NCBI GenBank assembly: GCA_964469615.1
Contig: CAYXZM010000031.1
Coordinates: 20,306 to 84,305, forward strand
Source of the DNA: an uncultured Candidatus Bathyarchaeia archaeon
GTDB taxonomy: Archaea; Thermoproteota; Bathyarchaeia; Bathyarchaeales; Bathycorpusculaceae
DNA: 64,000 bases
Direction of reading: 5' to 3'
Shown here: piece after piece, positions 28,263-37,412 of the stretch
How the letters are laid out: each line of letters begins with the position of its first letter
Position numbering within the stretch: position 1 is the first letter of the stretch
Made by a program: the position numbers and the translations under genes
The notes under the pieces: model-generated
What the model was told of the DNA's origin: nothing
The model's database searches: none
Seen by the model: only the letters and a program-made list of their open reading frames with translations

Positions 28263-28580
28263 ATGAAGACATTAAATGCTGAAACTGTAACAGCCATAGC
28301 AACGGGTTTTCTCAAGAGAATAGGAAACAAAGGAGGCTTAAAACCAAAAAGGGTTTCTTTAGAAGAAGGCATCTACACTGTTGAAGTAGAAATGAAGAAA
28401 CTTACTGCAATTGTCCGAGTCGACGCAGAAACCCATGAAATTAAAGAATATGAAATTCAAACAAAAAGTGAGGAAGCTCCTTTCATTTCAATTTCTCCCA
28501 AAATCATACCGATAATGTTCGTGATCTCTTCTGCTGCTTTTGTAGCCTTCCATTTTGTTTTTAAAATGCTTGGATTATAA
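28263..28580 (+). CDS. hypothetical protein with PepSY-like beta segment and C-terminal TM anchor
   Basis: YTVEVEMKKLTAIVRVDAETHEIKEYEIQ followed by the hydrophobic IIPIMFVISSAAFVAFHFVF. ATG 28263 is preferred over TTG 28206. Confidence 0.4.
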   Translation: MKTLNAETVTAIATGFLKRIGNKGGLKPKRVSLEEGIYTVEVEMKKLTAIVRVDAETHEIKEYEIQTKSEEAPFISISPKIIPIMFVISSAAFVAFHFVFKMLGL

Positions 28581-28631
28581 GACATCATATTCACTAAATT
28601 TAAGAAAAAAGTGTCAAAAAAAATGTTATTT

Positions 28632-28964
28632 CTAGCTTTTCTTTTTTCGTTCTGGTTTCTTCTCTTCTTCAGTCTCCATGGTCGTTTCTTCAGAAGGTTT
28701 TTCCTCAGTTGTTTCTTCAATTTTCCCTGTAATCTCTTCTATCGGTTTTGGTGGGGGTGTCGTTGCCATAGTCCAGCCTATCCATGCACCTATAGCCAAT
28801 ATTGCAATGAATGCTAGGAATACAGGAATTGCAATGAGCCAGAATGGAATTGTCCAGTCGAGCGGGTTTCCTCCTAGGTAGAATAGTCCTATAGTGTATA
28901 ACACGCCTATTATTACACAAACTAGAAATATTATTCCGCCAATGACTTGGTCTTTACTAGCCAT
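28632..28964 (-). CDS. small membrane protein (2-3 TM) with acidic/basic C-terminal tail
   Basis: GGIIFLVCVIIGVLYTIGLFYL and FWLIAIPVFLAFIAILAIGAWIGW helices, then a PPPKP linker and an E/K-rich tail. Confidence 0.5.
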   Translation of the reverse strand: MASKDQVIGGIIFLVCVIIGVLYTIGLFYLGGNPLDWTIPFWLIAIPVFLAFIAILAIGAWIGWTMATTPPPKPIEEITGKIEETTEEKPSEETTMETEEEKKPERKKKS

Positions 28965-29037
28965 TTATACATCACCATATGTAAGCCATGTTTCTCTCTT
29001 TAACTTTAAAAAGCTTACCGTGGTTTTGGCTTTATTG

Positions 29038-30321
29038 CTATGTTGTTCCCATCTCCCACGTCGCTAAATACTTCTTTTGTTCCTTGGTTAATTCATCTAT
29101 CTTAATTTTCATTGCACTAAGTTTTAGCCTTGCAACAGTTTCATCTATTTCTTTTGGCACTGGGTAAACCTTTGGCGGCATTTTCTCATTTTTGGCTATA
29201 TATTCTGCGCAAAGAGCTTGATTTGCAAATGACATGTCCATAACCTCTGCTGGATGCCCCTCTGCAGATGCAAGATTCACGAGTCTTCCTTCAGCCAGAA
29301 GATACAGTTTTCTTCCATCTTTGAACTTATATTCGTCGAGGTTTGATCTAATATTTCTTTTTGAAACTGAAAGTTCTTCCAAATCTTTTATGCAGATCTC
29401 CACATTGAAGTGTCCGCTATTGGCTAGTATTGCACCATCTTTCATTTTTTGCATATGTTCCTTTCTTAAGACATTTATGTCACCTGTTGTTGTTACGAAT
29501 ATATCGCCTATTGTTGAGGCTTCGGCTATTGGCATTACGCGGAATCCATTCATTGCTGCTTCTAGTGCCTTTAACGGGTTGACTTCTGTAACTATAACGT
29601 TTGCTCCCATTCCTTGTGCTCTCATTGCTACCCCTCTTCCGCACCATCCATAACCGCAGACCACGAAGTTTTTACCTGCTAAAAGAATGTTTGTTGTCCT
29701 TAGAATTCCATCTATTGTGCTTTGACCTGTTCCATATCGGTTGTCAAACAAGTATTTCGTGTAAGTATCATTAACAGCCACTATTGCATATTTGAGTGCT
29801 CTATCTTTTTCCATGGCTCTAAGCCTTTGGACTCCTGTTGTCGTTTCTTCTGTTCCTCCTAAAATGTTAGGCAATACGTCTGTCCTTTTGCTATGAATTG
29901 CTCCAACAAGGTCTGCTCCATCATCAAGGGTTATCACCGGCTTATGGTCAATCACTCTTTCAACGCACCAATAGTACTCCTCTGTTGATTGTCCTCTCCA
30001 AGCAAAGACATGGACGCCTCTTTCAGCTAGGGCTGCGGCTACTTCGTCTTGTGTTGAAAGTGGGTTAGAACCGCATAATGCTACTTTTGCTCCACCAGCA
30101 AGAAAAACATCAACTAGTACAGCGGTTTCTTTCGTTACATGTAGACATGCGCCTAGAGCTAGCCCTTCTAGAGGTTTTTGTTTTTCAAACCTTTTTTTTA
30201 TTTGGTTTAAAACTGGCATATGCTCAGAAGCCCATTCTGCCTGTAAATTTCCCTTCGAAGCCAGTGAGGGATCCTTTATTTTGTAGTTTTCCATTTCAAT
30301 TTCCCCTTCTTTTATGCTCAT
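29038..30321 (-). CDS. ahcY: adenosylhomocysteinase-family hydrolase (SAH or S-inosylhomocysteine hydrolase)
   Basis: Full-length match to the AhcY pattern: [61 protein letters not shown]. Confidence 0.95.
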   Translation of the reverse strand: MSIKEGEIEMENYKIKDPSLASKGNLQAEWASEHMPVLNQIKKRFEKQKPLEGLALGACLHVTKETAVLVDVFLAGGAKVALCGSNPLSTQDEVAAALAERGVHVFAWRGQSTEEYYWCVERVIDHKPVITLDDGADLVGAIHSKRTDVLPNILGGTEETTTGVQRLRAMEKDRALKYAIVAVNDTYTKYLFDNRYGTGQSTIDGILRTTNILLAGKNFVVCGYGWCGRGVAMRAQGMGANVIVTEVNPLKALEAAMNGFRVMPIAEASTIGDIFVTTTGDINVLRKEHMQKMKDGAILANSGHFNVEICIKDLEELSVSKRNIRSNLDEYKFKDGRKLYLLAEGRLVNLASAEGHPAEVMDMSFANQALCAEYIAKNEKMPPKVYPVPKEIDETVARLKLSAMKIKIDELTKEQKKYLATWEMGTT

Positions 30322-30335
30322 TTAACCTAACTATT

Positions 30336-31697
30336 TTAACGTTGGCGTTCTAACTTGCTGAGAAGATTGCTTTTGACTTTTTCCACTTCATCCATGACTT
30401 TTTCTGTATTTAATGTTGTCATCTTCCTTTTTTCCATAACTATTTTGCCGTTTATTATTACAGTTTCAACATCAGAAGCCTTTGCAACGTAAACCAAATG
30501 ACTTATTTCACTGAATAATGGACAAAAATGCGGCATTTTAGGATTGATTATAGCTAAATCAGCCTTCTTTCCAACATCTATCGAGCCTATTTCATTTTCC
30601 CAAGATAATGCTTTTGCGCCCTCAATTGTAGCCATTTCCAAAACTTGCTCTGCAGGCATTAAAGTTGGGTTTCTGTTCATTCCTTTATGAAGAATAGCTG
30701 CTGTTTTCATAGTTTCGAACATGTTTGCCGTATTGTTTGAACATGGGCTATCTGTTCCAAGCGAAACTGTTATGCCTTCTTTTAACATTTTGGGAACGGG
30801 ACTTATGCCAGAAGCAAGTTTGAGATTTGAAATCGGATTATGTGAAACCTTCACATTCTTCTTTTTCATGATTCGTATGTCTCTATCTGTTAAAGCCACA
30901 CAATGTGCCGCAATTACTTGCTCGTCTAAAACGCCTAAAGAATCTAAGTATGCCATGATTCCATTCTCTAGTTGTATGTTAAATGCTTTCCGAATTTTTT
31001 TCAGTTCATCGTCAGTTTCCGCCACATGAGTATGGCAAATTATTGGCGCTTCCTTAGAACCATATTTTTCGTTTAATTCCTTTCGTACCTCCACTAGCTC
31101 TTTCATATATTCTGGGTCCACCGTATATGGTGCATGAGGGTCTACACTGATGTGAATCAATCCATCAATCTTGGTGTGCCAATTCTTAGCCAAATCTTGA
31201 AGAGCTTGTTTGTCTTTCTCTTTTCTCCATGAAAAGCAAACATGACCAATTACTCCTCTCAAACCAGCGTCTGCAAATGCTTTAGCCTCATTTTCATTAG
31301 GCAGATAATGGTACATTGTGTTGGCAGTTGTTGTTCCGCCCATTATAGATTCTACGGCTGTTAACAAGGCTCCAACATAAATATCATGAGCTGACATGTG
31401 CTTTTCTATGGGCCAAATCCATTTTTCAAGCCATTCTTGGAGTGGTAAATCGTCTGCATATCCTCTTAGCAGACTCATTGCAGCATGCTGATGCGTGTTT
31501 ATAAAACCTGGTATCACAATTTTGCCTTTTGCATCTATTTTTTCATAACCTCTTCCATACTTTCTCTTTAGGTCGCTAGTTTTTCCTATGTCTATTATGT
31601 CTCTATCTTCTATTGCAATTGCGCCATGACGAATTATCTTTCTATCATGCATGGTTAAGATTGTTCCGTCTTGAATGAGAATATCCATTTTAATCAC
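30336..31697 (-). CDS. mtaD: amidohydrolase, 5'-methylthioadenosine/S-adenosylhomocysteine deaminase-like
   Basis: FINTHQHAAMSLLRGYADDLPLQEWL, HTHVAETDDE and GTDSPCSNN (metal ligands of the MtaD/DadD/guanine deaminase clade). Confidence 0.85.
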   Translation of the reverse strand: MIKMDILIQDGTILTMHDRKIIRHGAIAIEDRDIIDIGKTSDLKRKYGRGYEKIDAKGKIVIPGFINTHQHAAMSLLRGYADDLPLQEWLEKWIWPIEKHMSAHDIYVGALLTAVESIMGGTTTANTMYHYLPNENEAKAFADAGLRGVIGHVCFSWRKEKDKQALQDLAKNWHTKIDGLIHISVDPHAPYTVDPEYMKELVEVRKELNEKYGSKEAPIICHTHVAETDDELKKIRKAFNIQLENGIMAYLDSLGVLDEQVIAAHCVALTDRDIRIMKKKNVKVSHNPISNLKLASGISPVPKMLKEGITVSLGTDSPCSNNTANMFETMKTAAILHKGMNRNPTLMPAEQVLEMATIEGAKALSWENEIGSIDVGKKADLAIINPKMPHFCPLFSEISHLVYVAKASDVETVIINGKIVMEKRKMTTLNTEKVMDEVEKVKSNLLSKLERQR

Positions 31698-31803
31698 TAT
31701 TGAAACGTTACAGATGTCAAATAGCGTACTACTTAAGTTTTTAAGTTGCCTTCGCTTTAAGCCTATATCTGCATCAAAAAAATAATTATGTGGGTGGAAT
31801 TGG

Positions 31804-32946
31804 ATGGCAACAAAGAAAAAAAGCGGCTTTCTAGATCCTTCTGAAAATGCTTTGCGTGAATATCTTTCTTCATTGTGTAAGGCAGAGGTGGAAATCTGTG
31901 GTGTTTGGAGGCTTGGATGCGAGAACCTGATTTCAAAAGATTTAAAGGGTTTTGGTTATGGCATTCCCTACGTCATCGAATTTCGCGTTAATGATAAAAT
32001 TAAAAAAGTTGTTCTTGAGACTATGCGTCCAGAAGGCTTTGGACATGACAATTTTGCTGATCGCGCTCAAGTTCTTCTTTGGCAGCATTCAGCATTTAAT
32101 AAGTTGCCTAAGCATGTATCCTCTATAGATGTGGGCGCATTTACGACAGATAACGAGAAAATCAAGTCTATGGGTGATTGCTGTGAATTTTTTATCTTAA
32201 CTGAACTTATAGACGGCAAGCTTTACCATGTTGATCTTGATCGTATTAAGGAGACCGAAACTCTAAATGAATTGGATGAAAAGCGATGCTTAGCCTTATC
32301 AGACTATCTTGTCGAAATTCATAAAGTAAAGCATGATGCTCAATGGCTTTATGTTAGACGTGCCAGAGAGCTTATTGGACATGGTGAATGCATGATGGGT
32401 TTGCTTGATAGTTATCCACCTAATCTTGATTTTGTTAATGAGTCGAACTTGATTGATATTGAACGAGATTGCGTTGTTTGGCGTTGGCGACTTAAACGTA
32501 AAGTCCATAGGCTTAGTCAAGTGCATGGTGATTTTCATCCGTGGAATGTGATGTTTCGTGAGGGAACAGACTTCACAGTTTTAGATCGTAGTAGAGGCGA
32601 ATGGGGTGAACCTGCAGATGATGTCGCTGCGATGACGATTAATTATCTTTTCTATTCAGTACAGAAATATGGAGAATTAAAAGGGGTCTTTGAACGCTTG
32701 TTTACACTCTTTTGGGATAACTACTTGCAGAAGACTAATGACTGGGAAATGTTGGAAGTTATTCAACCTTATTATGCTTGGCGCGGTTTAGTTGTAGCAT
32801 CTCCCATCTGGTATCCAAGTCTCAACAAGCGTGTTCGAGTTAAGCTTCTCAACTTCGTGAAAAACGTTCTGCACTTTGAAACATTTGACTTAAAACACGT
32901 AAATATGTACTTTAGTGACACTTCAGATTTAAGCATGAAAACCTAA
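31804..32946 (+). CDS. APH/choline-kinase-family phosphotransferase
   Basis: Catalytic loop VHGDFHPWNVMF and downstream DRSRGEWGEPADD, on a kinase-like fold. Substrate is unknown. Confidence 0.7.
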   Translation: MATKKKSGFLDPSENALREYLSSLCKAEVEICGVWRLGCENLISKDLKGFGYGIPYVIEFRVNDKIKKVVLETMRPEGFGHDNFADRAQVLLWQHSAFNKLPKHVSSIDVGAFTTDNEKIKSMGDCCEFFILTELIDGKLYHVDLDRIKETETLNELDEKRCLALSDYLVEIHKVKHDAQWLYVRRARELIGHGECMMGLLDSYPPNLDFVNESNLIDIERDCVVWRWRLKRKVHRLSQVHGDFHPWNVMFREGTDFTVLDRSRGEWGEPADDVAAMTINYLFYSVQKYGELKGVFERLFTLFWDNYLQKTNDWEMLEVIQPYYAWRGLVVASPIWYPSLNKRVRVKLLNFVKNVLHFETFDLKHVNMYFSDTSDLSMKT

Positions 32947-33325
32947 ATAAATAGGATTTCAACAAATCTTGCTATCTGCGAGGTTCATATTTGGACGTAA
33001 AATCTGTTGGAGATTTGAAGAGGATGCTTAGGAAGATGGGCTACTCAGATAAGGCAGTGAAAGAAATTTTGAAATGGTATGAGCAAAACAATGCCTAATT
33101 ATGAGAACATTAAGAAGCAATCTACTCGAGGAGTCCTATTAGGTTTTAGCCTCAAATTTACCCATTCATTGAAGCATGCTTATGAACACTTTTATAATGT
33201 GGGCAATTGTTCACTTCGGATAGAAGATTATCAGAACCAAATTACAGCAGTAAGCGCGCATACAGAAAAGTAAAGTCTGCAAACGAATATCATATATCGT
33301 TCTTTGTTACGAGGGTATAAATAGG

Positions 33326-33880
33326 ATGAGTCAAATGGATGGTTGGTGTGTTTGGGTTACAGGTTTACCAGGAAGTGGCAAATCTGTTGTTTCTGAAGCC
33401 TTGCTCAGTCTTCTTCTTAAGAGAAACATCCATGCCCAGCTATTATCCTCTGATGCCTTGCGCAAGATTTTGACACCTAAACCTACTTATTCAATTGAAG
33501 AACGCAACATAGTCTATGCTACACTTGTTTACATTGCTAAACTGCTAACCCTTAATGGCATAAACGTTGTGATTGATGCGACAGGTAACTTGAGATGTTA
33601 CAGAGAAAATGCTAGAATGCAGATTCCACGATTCCTAGAAGCCTACTTAGAGTGCCCTTTGAAAATTTGTGCTGAACGTGAAGCAAAAAGAAAAAAAACC
33701 TACTTAGCGCCAAAGCAGATCTACGCCAAAGCACAAGAAGGAAAGGCGCCAACAGTGCCAGGTATTGGGCAACCATATGAACCATCATTAAAACCCGAAG
33801 TGACAATAGACACAACACAACACACGCCAGAACAAGCAGCTGAAAAAATTCTTCAAAAACTACTTGAAAAGTTTGGTTAG
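33326..33880 (+). CDS. P-loop kinase, adenylylsulfate kinase (CysC)-like
   Basis: Walker A VTGLPGSGKSVV, LSSDALRKIL (analogous to DGDxxR), and an about 180-aa length. Confidence 0.6.
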   Translation: MSQMDGWCVWVTGLPGSGKSVVSEALLSLLLKRNIHAQLLSSDALRKILTPKPTYSIEERNIVYATLVYIAKLLTLNGINVVIDATGNLRCYRENARMQIPRFLEAYLECPLKICAEREAKRKKTYLAPKQIYAKAQEGKAPTVPGIGQPYEPSLKPEVTIDTTQHTPEQAAEKILQKLLEKFG

Positions 33881-33884
33881 CTCC

Positions 33885-34628
33885 TTATCTTTTACGCGCG
33901 CGCATAACATAGTAATCCGGGAAAACTCCTCCTTGATTTATGAATTTTTGCCAAATCTTTTCAACTGCTTTTTGAAATGCTGCCCTAAGGTCTTCGTCAT
34001 CTATTTTACTGATTAAATCTGGCATTATTTCTCTCCATTCTTCCATTACCTCTTTTGAAAGTGGTTCACCTTCAAAACGTTGTAACTCTATATCCTTGAA
34101 CCCAATCAGTCTAGCGACAAACTCTAACTCTTCTGGATATATCTCCGTATAATGTTCACCATCAACAAGCTCAGCTATAGCCTTATAGGTTTGCCAACGC
34201 TTCACTTGAGCTTCTTCTTGAGGCTTTGACACTTTGGAAAGAGGATACTCATCATCGATTACTAGCCAACCGTTCTTTCTCAGAGTTCTGTAAAATTCTG
34301 CTAATGCCCTTACAGCTTTAAGTGGTCTATCGTTTACAGCGCAAATAGTGGCATGGCACACGATTAGATCAACAGAATCGCTTTTAATCTGCGGCATATC
34401 AGTGAGATCCGCCTCCACAAATTCAACAAATTTTGCAAGCACGCCTAATTTTCGCTTTGCATTAGGAAACGTTTCTGGATCGTTGTCAATGCTAATGATT
34501 TTTCCATCCCCAACTTCTTTCAGCTTAGTTGCCAACCAGTAAGTGGTATTCGCCGCGCCTGTGCCAGCATCCATGATGACTAACCCGCGAAGATTAATTC
34601 CTCTTAACATGAAATCTTGAGAGCTCAT
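33885..34628 (-). CDS. class I SAM-dependent methyltransferase
   Basis: Motif I VIMDAGTGAANTTYWLA, acidic motif II ISIDND, and DLIVCHATI (motif III/IV). Confidence 0.75.
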   Translation of the reverse strand: MSSQDFMLRGINLRGLVIMDAGTGAANTTYWLATKLKEVGDGKIISIDNDPETFPNAKRKLGVLAKFVEFVEADLTDMPQIKSDSVDLIVCHATICAVNDRPLKAVRALAEFYRTLRKNGWLVIDDEYPLSKVSKPQEEAQVKRWQTYKAIAELVDGEHYTEIYPEELEFVARLIGFKDIELQRFEGEPLSKEVMEEWREIMPDLISKIDDEDLRAAFQKAVEKIWQKFINQGGVFPDYYVMRARKR

Positions 34629-34789
34629 GGCTGATCCCTTTGAACAATTTCTTCTAAAATGTGAAATGACTTTTATTAGGTTTTAACGCATGGCAATTCA
34701 GAATTATAAGTAGGCTAGCACCCTTGAAATTGAAGAATATATAAATCAATCGCTTTACTTTCTAAGATACGCACAGAAGGTGTTTATTA

Positions 34790-35257
34790 GTGAGTGTGAA
34801 TCCGCAAAATTTGGCTGGCTATTGCGGCTTATACTGTGGTGCCTGCGGAATATGCCAAGGAAAAATAAGGCAAGCAGTAGAAAACTTGCGAAAAATAATA
34901 GGCTACTACGGATTTGACAAAATCACTTCTGAATTGGCAAAATGGGAACCAGCGTTCCAACATTACAAGGAATTCGAAAATGTTCTTGATGGTCTTATCA
35001 AAATTTTTGGCGAATGCCCAGGATGCATAGCAGGAGGCGGTGATCCAAATTGTTTGGTTCGAGAATGTTGCAAACAAAAGAATTATGTAAGTTGCGTGCA
35101 ATGCACTGATATGGAGACTTGTGAAAAACTGGAAAACTATTCTTGGGCTAAAAGGGAGTTGCAGAAAATCAAATCTATAGGCATTGATAAGTGGGTTGCG
35201 GAGATGCAGAAGAAAGTGGACGCTGGCTATTGCAGTTTAGACGAAGCAATCAAGTAG
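34790..35257 (+). CDS. DUF3795-like Cys-rich protein
   Basis: N-terminal CGLYCGACGICQG and later CPGCIAGGGDPNCLVRECC...CVQC, as in the DUF3795 family. Confidence 0.65.
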   Translation: MSVNPQNLAGYCGLYCGACGICQGKIRQAVENLRKIIGYYGFDKITSELAKWEPAFQHYKEFENVLDGLIKIFGECPGCIAGGGDPNCLVRECCKQKNYVSCVQCTDMETCEKLENYSWAKRELQKIKSIGIDKWVAEMQKKVDAGYCSLDEAIK

Positions 35258-35284
35258 ATTCGATAGAAAAAATGTGTGAATGTC

Positions 35285-36106
35285 TTGCCTGAATTACCAG
35301 AGATAACAATAATTGCCAAGCAGATGAGCAAGGAAATCAGAGGGAAACGCATTGCAGACATTGAATCCTTGCAGCCTAAAAATTTGAATATACCATTCGT
35401 AGAGTTTTTGGGCAAATCTAAAGGAAAAATAGTTGCTAACGTTTCAAGTAAAGGAAAATGGTTATTCATAAAACTTGAACCTGCTTATTACATGCTCATA
35501 AACTTGGGAATGGGCGCAGAAATACTCTATTTTAATCCTGATCAAAAACTTCCAGAGAAATATCAGTTCAAACTGACTTTTTCAGATAAAACAAGTTTTA
35601 CAATACATTTCTGGTGGTTCGGCTACATTCATCTCGTTCTAGAAAATGCCTTAAATAAGCATAAAATGACTGCTCAACTTGGAATATCGCCAATAGATGC
35701 CAAGTTCACTCTGCAATGTTTCAACGAATTATTAGCCAATAAAAAGGTGGGAATAAAGAACTTTTTGCTAAACCAGAAAAATATTGCAGGCATCGGAAAC
35801 GTTTATGTTCAAGATATTTTGTTCAAATCTAGACTGCATCCAAACCGAAAAATCTCAACACTTTCTAAGAAAGAGATAGGCAATCTATACAATGCAATAA
35901 TAGACGTATTAAACCATAGCATCAGCTTAGGTGGATTAGCCTATGAAAGAGACTTTTATGGACAAAGAGGAAGGCTCACGATAAACAAATTTCTTGTAGG
36001 CTACAAAACAGGAAAACCTTGCCCAGAATGTAATACGCCCATAAAGAAAATAAGGACTGGAGGCACACACTCTTATATCTGTCCAAAATGTCAATTGTTA
36101 AGATGA
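35285..36106 (+). CDS. Fpg/Nei-family DNA glycosylase/AP lyase
   Basis: TTG 35285 gives M-PELPEITI, with the catalytic N-terminal Pro after Met removal. H2TH region IAGIGNVYVQDILFKSRLHP and C-terminal zinc finger CPECNTPIKKIRTGGTHSYICPKCQ. Confidence 0.85.
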   Translation: MPELPEITIIAKQMSKEIRGKRIADIESLQPKNLNIPFVEFLGKSKGKIVANVSSKGKWLFIKLEPAYYMLINLGMGAEILYFNPDQKLPEKYQFKLTFSDKTSFTIHFWWFGYIHLVLENALNKHKMTAQLGISPIDAKFTLQCFNELLANKKVGIKNFLLNQKNIAGIGNVYVQDILFKSRLHPNRKISTLSKKEIGNLYNAIIDVLNHSISLGGLAYERDFYGQRGRLTINKFLVGYKTGKPCPECNTPIKKIRTGGTHSYICPKCQLLR

Positions 36107-36425
36107 CCTTTCATTTTCACTAGAGTGAACATGGACTAGAGTGTATTATATGTGACATGTGACTTATGAGTTAACAGGTGGCGGAAATTAGAAGAAAATT
36201 AGAAGATATGGAGGTGCAGGAGTTATGTGATGAAACCCTATTAAGCCTTGCCCAAGCTTTAAATGTGATGTTTTCCTGCACCACGCTTAAAATTGAGAAA
36301 AGTTATAGAAAAGTTTTATGGAACATTGTTTCATAAAAAATTATATTTGTGGATATTAGGATGGACGAATCAACTTTTAAATTGATGGTATACATAAAAA
36401 ATTGCGCACATGTCATAACGTTGGC

Positions 36426-37058
36426 TCAAGACAAGATTGGATTAGCTGGATTTTTAATATATTTCAAAACAGTGTCAGCTTGTTCCTTTGAGATTCGTTT
36501 AGATTGAAGCAGATGAGTAACCATTTCGGAAATTTTTGCTAAAGCATGAACCTTATAGCCTAAATTGTCTAGGTTCTCTCTGCCACCTTGCTCTCTATCC
36601 ACTACAACTATCACATGTTTGACATGAGCACCAAACTCTTCCAAAGGCTTTATTCCTTCCAGCTTAGATAATCCTTCACTAATGACATCATCAAAAAAAA
36701 CTATGCTTTCATCTTTGGCGATTTTTGCGCCAACAATTCTACCTGTTACTCCATAGGCTTTCTCTTCTTTTCTTACTACGACACATGGCAACTTCACCTT
36801 GCAAGCTATGCTTGGCAAAATGAGAGCACCTTTCAACTCAATGGAAGCCAGCTTATCTATCATATCAAAACTCATAATTCTTTTTATTTCTTCGGCAACC
36901 ATATCTACGATGAGACCAAAATCTTGTGGAGAAGATAGTAAGCTTGCTATATCAATGTAGTATGGACTAAGAGAACCCGACTTAATTTTAAAACTGCCAA
37001 ATTTTAGACAGCCAGAACTAAAAAGTGCATTTGCAACCAAAGATTTCGTATTCGACAC
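36426..37058 (-). CDS. pyrE: orotate phosphoribosyltransferase
   Basis: LKFGSFKIKSGSLSPYYIDI and the PRPP-binding loop IVFFDDVISEGLS. Confidence 0.8.
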   Translation of the reverse strand: MSNTKSLVANALFSSGCLKFGSFKIKSGSLSPYYIDIASLLSSPQDFGLIVDMVAEEIKRIMSFDMIDKLASIELKGALILPSIACKVKLPCVVVRKEEKAYGVTGRIVGAKIAKDESIVFFDDVISEGLSKLEGIKPLEEFGAHVKHVIVVVDREQGGRENLDNLGYKVHALAKISEMVTHLLQSKRISKEQADTVLKYIKNPANPILS

Positions 37059-37154
37059 TTTGAATCCTCAAAATAAGTATGCTCTTGAAAATTTAACATT
37101 TACCAGCCGTAAAGAAGGAAGGCTGAAGCAGCAGAGCCCAAGCTTATATGCTTT

Positions 37155-37412
37155 TTATCCGAGTTTCTTTGTTGTTAGAAGCGATTTTTCGGCTGTAGAT
37201 GTACAGAAAAGCAAATCATCGATGGTAGCAATGAACGTTGCAAGTTTGCCTTTATTTTTTATCGTTGTAACCACTTTCTTGTGGTCACTTATAGTTTTGA
37301 TAGATAAACCTCTTGGTGTCTTGTAATTATCTGGCGAAACCGCTTCAGCGATAGCCTTTGCAATTTCAGTTTCATCATATTCCAATATAATTTCAGCTTC
37401 CAATTTTTTCAC
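37155..37412 (-). CDS. pcc1: KEOPS complex subunit Pcc1-like
   Basis: 85 aa. MKKLEAEIILEYDETEIAKAIAEAVSPDN... follows the Pcc1/CTAG pattern. Overlaps the upstream RecJ-like gene by 20 nt. Confidence 0.6.
   Translation of the reverse strand: MKKLEAEIILEYDETEIAKAIAEAVSPDNYKTPRGLSIKTISDHKKVVTTIKNKGKLATFIATIDDLLFCTSTAEKSLLTTKKLG

Noticed and set aside
31804-32946. APH-family kinase next to mtaD, as a methylthioribose kinase (MtnK) completing a methionine-salvage cluster
   Set aside because: The catalytic loop (VHGDFHPWNVMF) and overall sequence do not obviously match the MtnK signature I remember. The gene is also divergent from mtaD rather than co-transcribed, so I kept the generic family call.
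33079-33273. 64-aa ORF between the APH-like and CysC-like kinase genes
   Set aside because: It has no motif, odd composition and no ribosome-binding context, so it is probably spurious. The shorter upstream 35-codon frame is noted separately as a low-confidence candidate.
36227-36290. GTGATGA ... GTGATGT ... CTGC string, as a possible C/D-box sRNA downstream of the Fpg gene
   Set aside because: There is no proper D' or D box (CTGA), and the spacer lengths (31 nt and then 4 nt) are incompatible with archaeal C/D sRNA architecture.
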